Origin: a virus
Lineage: Duplodnaviria > Caudoviricetes
Length of the DNA: 31,363 nucleotides
Direction: 5' to 3' (one strand)
IMG/VR virus record: IMGVR_UViG_3300029825_000035
Span: 1 to 31,363 of that record
A program made the translations under genes and the position numbers. A model generated the notes under the pieces. That model made no database searches and was not told the origin of the DNA. It saw only the letters and a program-made list of their open reading frames with translations. This document shows, piece after piece, positions 23,286 to 31,363 of the stretch. Every line of letters begins with the position of its first letter. The first letter of the stretch is position 1.

Positions 23286-23660
23286 TTAATAACCCCCCAC
23301 ATAATAATCGCCCTGCCCGCTGTACAACTCTCCGCTGTATACCGTCAACAGGTTTTGTTTGCGTAGCAGTCCTACGCGTTCATAACAGCTTTGTATGAGC
23401 GATTCTATTTTGTTGATGTTGTCGTACGTCCAAGCGGTTGTCATACCGTTACCGGGCAACCCAAGATTGAGGCACATGGTCTGTATAGCTGTCTCAACAA
23501 CCGATAGCCACGTTGTCAAAATATCGTTATCTGTAACGTCAGAAGGAACAACCGCGTTGCTGTCCAGATATTTGATATTGCCAGTGATGCGGTTGCAATC
23601 ATCCGCTGTCATGTACTCTCCGCCTGTTCGATCCATTACAGGATCAATCCACGCCATCAA
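23286..23660 (-). CDS. minor tail / baseplate protein
   Basis: WIDP..DR....D.NRI..N, Y..IN.IE; position in tail operon. Confidence 0.65.
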   Translation of the reverse strand: MMAWIDPVMDRTGGEYMTADDCNRITGNIKYLDSNAVVPSDVTDNDILTTWLSVVETAIQTMCLNLGLPGNGMTTAWTYDNINKIESLIQSCYERVGLLRKQNLLTVYSGELYSGQGDYYVGGY

Positions 23661-25447
23661 ACCACCCCCAGCCTATAAGTAATGGCAGCGGAAGTCCCGC
23701 CGCCCTCATGTGTCAATGTGATCGTCTCAAGCGTGCAGATTTCCGTATGCCCATCCAGTCTGTGGAACGTAAAAACGTCCCGTGGCTGCATGCGCGGATC
23801 ACCCTTCCAGGTGAATGACCCAGTTATGTTAGACTGAGCGAAAACGCAGTCATACGCCGGATATACAATCATGTTGTTTCCAGAACTGCCAGCGATTGCT
23901 TTACCGTGGGAAATAACGCTGATTGGCTGCGTCACTCCTGGGCGGTTGTACGTTTTTGATTGAGACGAAATATCGTTATTGATTGGATACCCATAAAGCG
24001 TAACTGATCCAACAGAAACCTTTACTTTCTTTTTGATATAGTACGCTACTTTTTTTCTCTTGCCGTGGTAACGTCTCTTAGACAGTCGATAATGCTTTTC
24101 GTGGACGATCTTATAAAACTGCCCCGGGATAAATGTTACTTCGTTTGCCGTTTGCGACGTAACCTTACCTGGCGTAACCGTCATGTTTGCAAAGTACCGG
24201 TCATTCTCAACTTTTTTGTGAGTTGATTTTCCCTTGATGCAGCTGCCGAACGTCTCGACCTTTATCTTCTTTCCAACGGAACAGGAGGAAACAAGGCCGA
24301 ACGTGGAATCATCCGCTTTGAGCGTCCTGATATTTCTGTCAGCGCTCCGAACAACGTCACCGCAATCAGCCTCGTATATATCCCACTTTGACGTAGGTTT
24401 TGTGCGTCGTACAGACGGAATACCAGCATCAACGAATACCGGCCAAAAATACGTCCCGCCAATCGACGTTAAATTGACATGAGACAGTGACATGATAGAT
24501 GCCACAAGATCGCGGGCATTCTCTTTCTCAAAAAGAAGCAGGTTCTTTGTTTTCGTGCTTCCGATTGCTCCGGGCGCGCTTTCCTTTTTTCTAAGCTTGA
24601 TTCCAGCGTCCGTGATATACTTGATCATTTTGTTGTACATATCTCGGTGCGCGTATCGCATTTCAGAGTAAACGGTTTCTGCTGCGCAATCTCGGTCAAG
24701 CTTCGATGATGCATCTTGACCTTTTAGCGTCAGCACGTTTTTTTGTACGTCGGCCTTTTCGGACAGATAGAAATACCTAGTTTCGGAACGATCATCATCA
24801 TATCCAGAGTAATAATAGATCCTCGTCCCATCACTCATGGACGAGATAGCCGTGATAATATCGTCTGGCCAGTAGGCGTTAATCTCAATCTCAGATGCCG
24901 GCCACTGAGGGTTTACCAGCGTCAGATCGCTGCGCAGAGACACAACGCAGGAAATTAGGTTTGTGTTGTCAATCTCGAACTCCACACCAGGGTACACGCT
25001 CTCAATCTCAATCCGATCATCCGGATCATCATTTGTGATAGTGAATGTTTTCGTCTTAGCGTTGAATGGAAACACAAGCCCGTCCCGGAACTCATAGGTG
25101 GTTGTCCCGTCTGTGATTTCTCCGATCCCGCGCCCACGGATCGTGATTGCAGGAATGATCGTTGCGCAGGTAACTTTAAGCGTCATGCCGGCGCCCGCGT
25201 TGCTGCGCATCCCTATCCCTTCCGACATCGTGGCAGGATCGTACGAAACGCAAGATCCATCAAGCGGGAACCCGCCTCCAGACAGGTCATCCAGATTGAT
25301 TAAATCCTTGTCTGTCTGGAGTTCCCCCATGGCCTTGTAGTTTGTTCCGACAAACGTTAAATCCTCGTCAGTGATCTTTGAGAGGCCGCAGTGCACTTGG
25401 AACGGCGTACGAATGCTTTTCGCGTTCTCAGCGTTAATTGTGGGCAT
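23657..25447 (-). CDS. minor tail / baseplate hub (Tal-like) protein
   Basis: 596 aa after the Dit-like gene; C-terminal WKGDPRMQPRD hub-type motif. Confidence 0.7.
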   Translation of the reverse strand: MPTINAENAKSIRTPFQVHCGLSKITDEDLTFVGTNYKAMGELQTDKDLINLDDLSGGGFPLDGSCVSYDPATMSEGIGMRSNAGAGMTLKVTCATIIPAITIRGRGIGEITDGTTTYEFRDGLVFPFNAKTKTFTITNDDPDDRIEIESVYPGVEFEIDNTNLISCVVSLRSDLTLVNPQWPASEIEINAYWPDDIITAISSMSDGTRIYYYSGYDDDRSETRYFYLSEKADVQKNVLTLKGQDASSKLDRDCAAETVYSEMRYAHRDMYNKMIKYITDAGIKLRKKESAPGAIGSTKTKNLLLFEKENARDLVASIMSLSHVNLTSIGGTYFWPVFVDAGIPSVRRTKPTSKWDIYEADCGDVVRSADRNIRTLKADDSTFGLVSSCSVGKKIKVETFGSCIKGKSTHKKVENDRYFANMTVTPGKVTSQTANEVTFIPGQFYKIVHEKHYRLSKRRYHGKRKKVAYYIKKKVKVSVGSVTLYGYPINNDISSQSKTYNRPGVTQPISVISHGKAIAGSSGNNMIVYPAYDCVFAQSNITGSFTWKGDPRMQPRDVFTFHRLDGHTEICTLETITLTHEGGGTSAAITYRLGVV

Positions 25448-25811
25448 TGATAAACCTCACCCCCACTGAAATATCTTTCCATACAACGCTACCATCTAGC
25501 TTAGTTGTCCGAGTGGATACCCACACCTGAGTCGTTGGGATGATCGTTTCCGTGTGTTCCACACCGTCAGCATCGTCGAAAACCAATGTGCATTCCCCTG
25601 ACATGGCTAGCAGCTCGTCAAGCTGATCTTGTGGCAGCGTGTCCCACTGCATCGTCATGTCTGAGTATTTCCATCCGATCAGATCCGCGATTGTTTTACC
25701 TGTGCATGTTGTTATCTCAGCGGCATAGATATTTTCCCGTGCTGGGGAAAAATCAGTGGGGCGGAAAATATCCGTCCCATTGATCTTGATTGTGTTAATT
25801 GCTCCAATCAT
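25434..25811 (-). CDS. distal tail (Dit-like) protein
   Basis: 125 aa immediately after tape measure; IKING..I..P, TG....D.IG. Confidence 0.6.
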   Translation of the reverse strand: MIGAINTIKINGTDIFRPTDFSPARENIYAAEITTCTGKTIADLIGWKYSDMTMQWDTLPQDQLDELLAMSGECTLVFDDADGVEHTETIIPTTQVWVSTRTTKLDGSVVWKDISVGVRFINAHN

Positions 25812-28800
25812 CCGCCTAACCTCGGATTATAGGTGTTGTATGCTTTCACGATCTGTTCCCCCATTTTCGGGCCGTTAGGATAAAGGTAATTGATCACCTT
25901 AATATCTCCAACCTTCCCGCCGGACGATGCTTTCATCATGGTCCCAACACCGGACACGATGCTGTCCGCCATGCTATTGAACATTGCGTTCAGCTTTTCG
26001 ATTGGAAGTACAGCCTCAGGACCAGCTTCGCCTACGCCGATAACAGAAGGAGAATTGAAAATGCCACCATCCTTGAACCACTTCAAGTGCGGTACAGATG
26101 GAGGATTTATACTTAGTTTCCCCACTATTTTTAGTGAAGGCAATTTCGGAAGGGAAATGCTTGGTATTCTTAAATGCAGACCTTTGAAAAAGCCGGCTAT
26201 TGCTTTAATTGCTTTCCCAACTGCGTCTCTAGCTGCGGCCATCTTGTCTGCGATAGCTCCACCGGCTTTTCCAAATATGCTGCTTGTGAGCTTCGGAACT
26301 CCGCCACCCATGGTCTTTACGGATTTCTCAATCTTTCCCTTTGATCCGGAGATTGTTTTCGCGTATCCGTCCGTGCTGGCCTTCGCATTCCCTTCCAGTC
26401 TGGCTTTTGTGTTTCGCTCAACATATCCTTTCAGCTTTGCAGCTGCTTCCGAAACGCTTGTTTTCCCACTCGCAATACCTTTTGACAGGCTCTTTGCTGT
26501 TTTTGATCCGCTGACACCAGATTTTTTCGCCATATCGTTGAATGACATAACGTCTTTTGTTCTCTGGATAGCTGTTTTGACTGATACTTTCCCGCTCTCA
26601 ACGCTATTTGAAATCGTTTTCGGTATTTTTTTTGCGTCAATCCCAGCCTTTTGAACGCTCTTGTCAAAGTTGATCAGTCGTTTCAGGCCGTTGACGCTCT
26701 TAGGCACTGCGTAGCTTCCGTTTGTAATTCCTTGCGATACGGATTTAGGAATTTTTACGCCAGCCGCTTTCGCTTGTTCCGCAAGAGAATTAAGAGACGT
26801 TTGGATATCCATAGATTTTAGCTTTTTTTGAGCATCTTTGGTATAAAACGTTATTTCTCCGTCATACTCTTTTAAATTCCCTTTCCCTTCCTTTATTTTT
26901 CCTTTCACCTTGTCAACAGCCTCTTTAGCTATTTGTGCGTCCCTAACCGCCTTCGCCGCGTCGTCGTCTACAGAAGCTAACATATGAGGTTGCTTGGCTG
27001 CTGCAACCTTTTCATCCGCAATCTTCTTCTTCTTATTGTAATTATCTTGTGCTTTTGCTTTTTGTTCAGTTAGCTTTGCGAGTTCCATTTCCTGCTTTGC
27101 TCTTTTCTCTGCAACGTCGGAAATTTGTGCTTCATCTGCCTCGGCGATTAGTTGGAGTTGTCTGTACTTTATGTTATTTTTGATCGCTGTAGTAGACTTA
27201 TTGAGAGAGTCCTTTTCCGCGTCGTATTTTAGTGACAGATTTGGAACAACATCATTCAGCTGATCTACATAATATTTGATCATAGCTTTCTGATCTGCTG
27301 ACTTATGTTCCACTTTCATCAGCTTTTCAAGCTGTTTCCTATAGAAATCTGCCTGATCTCCTTCTATTTTCGCGGCTTCAACGTTTTTCTTGCGTTCATC
27401 TCTACCGCTCTTCATCTCACTTGTTAAGTCACTCTGCTCGTCAGCTAACTTTTTTGTGGCTGCGTATGTTGTATCCGACATTTTAGCGGAATCTGCCATT
27501 GCGGAATTTAAGAAACCAAACGCCGTAATGGCCCCTGCAATCGCTACGGCTAGACCAATCGGCCCGATAAGCGCAGCGCTTAGTCCTCCAATTGCACTCG
27601 CTCCGGCGCCGGCTTCGGAGGATATTGCAATTATCTTTGCAACTATGCCAGCTATTCCAATTGAAAGCTTTCCGATTCCGGTTACCAGGCTGCCGACTGC
27701 CACCAGAACAGGAGATATAGCAATCGTGATCGCTCCAAGTGCAATAGCAAATTTTTGTGGCCCTTCCGGCATCTTCGTAAATTTGTCCACTACGTCAGTC
27801 AGTTTCTTTACAAAATTGGTCAGCGCAGGGATAACATATTCACTCAGTTTGATTGCAAGAGATTCCAGAGCGCCGGACAGCTGTTCCAACTTGTTTTTAA
27901 GGTTGTCCTGCATGGTGGCAGCAGTCTTTTTTGCTACTCCGTTTGAGTTTTCCATGGATTCAGAAAGAGCATCATAGTCTTTCTGCGACATGTTAATGAC
28001 GGACATCATGCCAGCTACAGCGTTTTTACCCGCTATCGTCGCTATGATCTGCGCTTTCTGTTTGTCGGTCATACCCTGCATTCCAGTACGCATATCAGCC
28101 AAAATTTTAGACATGCCCTTGAACTTCCCATTCGCGTCAGTGACTTTAAGCCCGATTTCATCCATTGCAGCAGCCTGATTTTTGGTCGGCTTAGTCATGT
28201 TAAGGAATCCGGTGCGTAGGCTTGTACCTGCCTGGGATGCCTTTATGCCAGACTTAGACATTGCTGCAAGGGCCGTAGTTGTATCCTCAATGCTGAACCC
28301 CATTGCCTTAGCAACGGGCGCCACATACTTAAACGATTCTCCCAAGTCGTTGATGTCGATTGTCCCGGTGTTGGCTGCTTGCGTAAGCAAATCAGCTACT
28401 TTCGTGGAGTCTTTTGCAGCGAGTCCAAACCCGGAAATAGCATTTGCTACGATATTGGATACACTGCTTAGGTCTTCCCCCGATGCCGCAGCAGCATCCA
28501 AAACACCAGACATGCCGTCTATAATCTGAGTGGCAGACCAGCCAGCCTTTGCCATGTCCGTCATGCCGTCGGCAACTTCGCCAGAGCTGAACGCGGTTTT
28601 CGCTCCCAGGTCGATTGCTACATCTCGCAGTTTCTTAAAATCGTCACTGCTTGAGTTGGTAACTGCCTTGACCTTTGACATCTTCGCTTCAAAATCGGTT
28701 GCCACTTTCAGCCCGACGCCAGCAACCGCAGCCATTCCAGCGGATACCGGAGCCATTGCTTTCCCGGCGCCGCTTATGCTATTGCCAACGCTACTCATTT

Positions 28801-29422
28801 TTTGGCCGGTGCTTGTAAGCTTTTGAACGGCTGTATTCGCCAGGGCAGCTTTCTTTTCCAGCGATTTCAGATCGTTTTCTGTGTCAATGATCTCACGTTG
28901 CAGCGCATCGTACTGTTTTGGAGAGATCGGCTTTCCAAACTCGTCATCAACCTCTTTCGCCTGAGTTTTCAGGCTCTTGAGCTTGTCTTCTGTTTGGGTG
29001 ATGTTGGATTGCAGCGCGTCATACTGCTTCTGAGAGATTTTCCCGTCTGCCAACTGTTTGTCAGCGTCAGCGGCTTTCTTTTTCAGATCTGCAAGCTTTT
29101 TGCTGGTGTCGTCGATCTCTTTCTTGATTGGATCATATTTTTCTTTCCAAGCATCGTAGTTCTTGACGTTCTTCGATACCTGGTCATTGGCCTGTTTCAA
29201 GCTTTCCAGCTTTTTCTTCGTGTCTGAAACAGACTGGCCCAGGAGCTTTTGCTTCTGAGCCAGTAATTGAGTGTTCTTTGGGTCGAGCTTTAGCAGGCGT
29301 TCTACGTCCTTTAGCTGCGACTCGGTGCTTTTAATGGTGGAGTTTACGCTTTTAAGTGACTTATCAAGCCCAGTGGTGTCACCACCGATTTCAATTGTAA
29401 TGCCTTTAATTCTATTTGGCAC
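25808..29422 (-). CDS. tail tape measure protein (TP901 family)
   Basis: RIKGITIEIGGDTT N-terminus, DFE..MS.V.A, GESFKYVAP, AGT.LR core, GGI......GEAGPEAVLP C-terminus. Confidence 0.96.
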   Translation of the reverse strand: MPNRIKGITIEIGGDTTGLDKSLKSVNSTIKSTESQLKDVERLLKLDPKNTQLLAQKQKLLGQSVSDTKKKLESLKQANDQVSKNVKNYDAWKEKYDPIKKEIDDTSKKLADLKKKAADADKQLADGKISQKQYDALQSNITQTEDKLKSLKTQAKEVDDEFGKPISPKQYDALQREIIDTENDLKSLEKKAALANTAVQKLTSTGQKMSSVGNSISGAGKAMAPVSAGMAAVAGVGLKVATDFEAKMSKVKAVTNSSSDDFKKLRDVAIDLGAKTAFSSGEVADGMTDMAKAGWSATQIIDGMSGVLDAAAASGEDLSSVSNIVANAISGFGLAAKDSTKVADLLTQAANTGTIDINDLGESFKYVAPVAKAMGFSIEDTTTALAAMSKSGIKASQAGTSLRTGFLNMTKPTKNQAAAMDEIGLKVTDANGKFKGMSKILADMRTGMQGMTDKQKAQIIATIAGKNAVAGMMSVINMSQKDYDALSESMENSNGVAKKTAATMQDNLKNKLEQLSGALESLAIKLSEYVIPALTNFVKKLTDVVDKFTKMPEGPQKFAIALGAITIAISPVLVAVGSLVTGIGKLSIGIAGIVAKIIAISSEAGAGASAIGGLSAALIGPIGLAVAIAGAITAFGFLNSAMADSAKMSDTTYAATKKLADEQSDLTSEMKSGRDERKKNVEAAKIEGDQADFYRKQLEKLMKVEHKSADQKAMIKYYVDQLNDVVPNLSLKYDAEKDSLNKSTTAIKNNIKYRQLQLIAEADEAQISDVAEKRAKQEMELAKLTEQKAKAQDNYNKKKKIADEKVAAAKQPHMLASVDDDAAKAVRDAQIAKEAVDKVKGKIKEGKGNLKEYDGEITFYTKDAQKKLKSMDIQTSLNSLAEQAKAAGVKIPKSVSQGITNGSYAVPKSVNGLKRLINFDKSVQKAGIDAKKIPKTISNSVESGKVSVKTAIQRTKDVMSFNDMAKKSGVSGSKTAKSLSKGIASGKTSVSEAAAKLKGYVERNTKARLEGNAKASTDGYAKTISGSKGKIEKSVKTMGGGVPKLTSSIFGKAGGAIADKMAAARDAVGKAIKAIAGFFKGLHLRIPSISLPKLPSLKIVGKLSINPPSVPHLKWFKDGGIFNSPSVIGVGEAGPEAVLPIEKLNAMFNSMADSIVSGVGTMMKASSGGKVGDIKVINYLYPNGPKMGEQIVKAYNTYNPRLGG

Positions 29423-29433
29423 GGTGTAACCCC

Positions 29434-29628
29434 CTAAAACCTGTCAAAGTCCTCTTGCGTTGCGATAGTTTGGTACTCTGCACCATCGTTGATCTTCTCC
29501 GTACACATGTCGAAAACCAGCCCAACAGTAAGTAGATCAAGATCGTTGATTGAGATTCCAAGCTGAACGCAGCGCAAGAGAAAGAGCGGGGTCGTTACTT
29601 CCCGCTCACTTTTTCCAAGTTTTTTTTT
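29434..29628 (-). CDS. tail assembly chaperone, -1 frameshift extension (gpGT-like)
   Basis: No own RBS/start; frame entered at the A9 run; TTPLFLLRCVQLG...DLDLLT.G...DM..E..ND...ATQEDFDRF. Confidence 0.8.
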   Translation of the reverse strand, partial: KKKLGKSEREVTTPLFLLRCVQLGISINDLDLLTVGLVFDMCTEKINDGAEYQTIATQEDFDRF

Positions 29629-29969
29629 GATTCGACCATTGTTTTCGCATTTGAAGTCCACAGATCGATGATCTCAGGCAAGATTTCATAGATCGAGAAC
29701 ATATCGAATTGGTCAAGCCAATCGTTGATATCTTCCGGGATCGTATGGTCTGCGTGATAGGCCATGATGTAGGCCACGTTCTCAAACAGCTCCAAATCCT
29801 CAATCGGAATACCTTCGCCATCTTCTTTGCTACCAGAGAACGATTGTGTAAGCTTCTGCATGTCCTTGAACATATCGCGCTCGAATTTAGCGCGATACAA
29901 TCTAGGGACGGTTGCGGAGGCGCGGAACGGCACCTTGTTCCCGCAGATTTCGATTTCTTTGTACAGCAT
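29595..29969 (-). CDS. tail assembly chaperone (gpG-like)
   Basis: Between major tail and tape measure; FRASA..PRLYR.KF.RD, WLDQF.MFSIY..LP, ends ESKKN. Confidence 0.85.
   Translation of the reverse strand: MLYKEIEICGNKVPFRASATVPRLYRAKFERDMFKDMQKLTQSFSGSKEDGEGIPIEDLELFENVAYIMAYHADHTIPEDINDWLDQFDMFSIYEILPEIIDLWTSNAKTMVESKKNLEKVSGK
29619..29628 (-). other. programmed -1 ribosomal frameshift site A-AAA-AAC
   Basis: TCA AAA AAA AAC near the chaperone 3' end; the -1 frame stays open to 29434. Confidence 0.8.
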
Positions 29970-29986
29970 ATTTCATCACCGCCCTA

Positions 29987-30568
29987 TCAAGGAGCGGTGA
30001 CAGGCACAGGAACGTACACAGCTCCATACCAGCCGTTATAGGCGGTATCTGTGGTTGTATCTCCGGTGCGTGCCTTGATCAGGCCGTCGGAACGCGGATC
30101 TGCAGTGATGGACAGCTTTTCGGTGTTCGGAGTGATCTTGTCCTCTTTCGTATCAGAGGCGATGGTCGGTCTAGCTGCGGAGCAGCAGTACAAAACGTGA
30201 CGGATTGCCTTTGCGTCGCCGTCGAACTCAAATAGGAGAGCATGCTTGACGGTTTCGGTGCTTTTGTTGTCCTCGATCAATACCTTATTGGTGTCTAGGC
30301 TTTCCTGCAGGATGTCGGTACGATAGCTTTCAGGCAGCAGGCCAAATTCGATGTCACCGGAATAGCCATTGTTGGTTTGTGCGCGATAATAGACAATGCC
30401 GTCAGCGTAGAACGGATCGTTGCTGCCCTCAGCATCAAGGGACAAGCTTACCGCTCCAGGGATCGCGACAGGCGTTGCATAGGAATAAGTAGATACGCCG
30501 TCCGTTACCGTTTCGGTCAGCTTTGCGTAATGTACGTTTTTCAGGTTAAATTTTACTTTGTTTCCCAT
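29987..30568 (-). CDS. major tail protein (phi13 family)
   Basis: NKVKFNLKNVHYA, PGAVSLSL, FYAD, NNGY.G, LLFEFDGD, RH.LY.C.A.RP; GGAGG RBS before ATG 30568. Confidence 0.93.
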   Translation of the reverse strand: MGNKVKFNLKNVHYAKLTETVTDGVSTYSYATPVAIPGAVSLSLDAEGSNDPFYADGIVYYRAQTNNGYSGDIEFGLLPESYRTDILQESLDTNKVLIEDNKSTETVKHALLFEFDGDAKAIRHVLYCCSAARPTIASDTKEDKITPNTEKLSITADPRSDGLIKARTGDTTTDTAYNGWYGAVYVPVPVTAP

Positions 30569-30570
30569 AT

Positions 30571-30888
30571 TTAGGCCCTCCAATCGAAAATGTACAAAAC
30601 TTGGAACAGTTTTTCGCTGTCAATCCATAGTTCGTACTTGTTGTAAAAAACTTCGTGACCATCGAGCGCAGCTTCAACGGCGTGTTCGCTCGCAAGGTCT
30701 TTTTTGTCCGTGTATAACTCGATGTGCACTTCATTCGCGTGGAAATACACCGTCCCATCAGCCGAAAAGTTGTCACTTTGCGGAATCAGATAGCAAATGA
30801 AAGGAGGATCTATGACTTCTCCTTCTGCGAAGTGATCGTAAGAGAACTGAATCCCCATTTCACCGATCATTGTTAATAATTCATCCAT
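30571..30888 (-). CDS. tail completion/terminator protein
   Basis: YDHFAEGE..DPPFI.Y, NF.ADG.VY, IELYTDKKD, WI.SEKL. Confidence 0.8.
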   Translation of the reverse strand: MDELLTMIGEMGIQFSYDHFAEGEVIDPPFICYLIPQSDNFSADGTVYFHANEVHIELYTDKKDLASEHAVEAALDGHEVFYNKYELWIDSEKLFQVLYIFDWRA

Positions 30889-31264
30889 GTGCTATCACCT
30901 TCGCAATCTCGCTCTCAAGGCGCTCTATGCCGGACTGTTCCGCTTGCGCTAGGTGCGGGCGGGCTGATACTCGCCCTCCGCCGCGCTTCGCATGTCCAAA
31001 TTCCAGAAGATGCGCGATCTGGTAGCGGTTTCTGGAGTATACGATGGCAGAAGCAGACGTTGATGTTTCGCTTTCGTTCTTAACTGCCCAGCTATCCGCA
31101 TAATCGCCTGTTCGGTTTGGAGCAGTTTCTTTGATCTGCGTCCTCACAGAATTTGCGGTTTTACGGACTGCTTTTTTCATTCCGTCGGTTGTCACTTCCG
31201 CGTAATCTTCCAACTGCTTCATGACTTCGTTCGCAAGATCGCCGATCTGGATTTTATTTCCCAC
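30881..31264 (-). CDS. HK97 gp10-family protein
   Basis: AP.RTG.Y..SW, AHLLEFGHA..GGGRV.ARPH. Confidence 0.88.
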   Translation of the reverse strand: MGNKIQIGDLANEVMKQLEDYAEVTTDGMKKAVRKTANSVRTQIKETAPNRTGDYADSWAVKNESETSTSASAIVYSRNRYQIAHLLEFGHAKRGGGRVSARPHLAQAEQSGIERLESEIAKVIAHG

Positions 31265-31268
31265 TCAA

Positions 31269-31363
31269 TCACCGGCTCTCTTTCAAGCAGCGTAGTTTGA
31301 TCGTCTCGTTTTTGTACTGGACGTTGTCAACGCTGGTGATGTTGTAGTTGTGGCCGCGGAAAA
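31269..31363 (-). CDS. head-tail adaptor/head closure protein, C-terminal part (truncated by window)
   Basis: FRGHNYNITSVDNVQYKNETIKLRCLKESR*; position before the gp10-like gene. Confidence 0.75.
   Translation of the reverse strand, partial: FRGHNYNITSVDNVQYKNETIKLRCLKESR

Noticed and set aside
28850-29050. Internal duplication in tape measure N-terminus (KQYDALQ twice)
   Set aside because: Repeats are ordinary for tape measure proteins
1-31363. Plus-strand ORFs in the track (e.g. 25890..26654, 27390..27977, 17038..17445)
   Set aside because: Antisense shadows of well-supported minus-strand genes, with no recognisable motifs
1-31363. Stop-codon reassignment
   Set aside because: Long genes translate intact in the standard code; no suppressor anticodon among the tRNA-like elements

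Overview
About 31 kb of a tailed (siphovirus-type) bacteriophage, most likely infecting a Firmicute (Clostridia-like proteins, GGAGG Shine-Dalgarno sites, sigma-A promoters). All credible genes are on the minus strand. In transcription order (high to low coordinates): head-closure and tail-completion genes, major tail protein, tail chaperone with a -1 frameshift, tape measure, baseplate/fibre genes, two holins, a 775-aa SGNH-esterase protein, GH25 endolysin; then a ~670-bp non-phage-like cassette (22-bp iteron-like array, inverted repeats, truncated SprT-like gene) where integrase and CI would normally be; then cro-like HTH, SNF2 helicase, VRR-NUC, DNA methyltransferase, an intact formate/nitrite channel, Gp157, Sak4-like ATPase, DUF669-like SSB, family-B DNA polymerase, orphan PemK/MazF, P4-type primase-helicase, MazG-like and ThyX-like genes, a repeat-rich putative origin, an ArpU/RinA-like activator, a cluster of three degenerate tRNA-like elements plus another structured RNA, and an HNH nuclease. 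Terminase, portal and capsid lie outside the window. The most unusual items are the tRNA-like RNA array (including a D-arm-less, CCA-ended RNA with an AGA anticodon), the iteron cassette replacing the lysogeny module, the phage-borne FNT channel, and several gene stubs left by deletions. All calls come from motif recognition by eye; no database searches were run.
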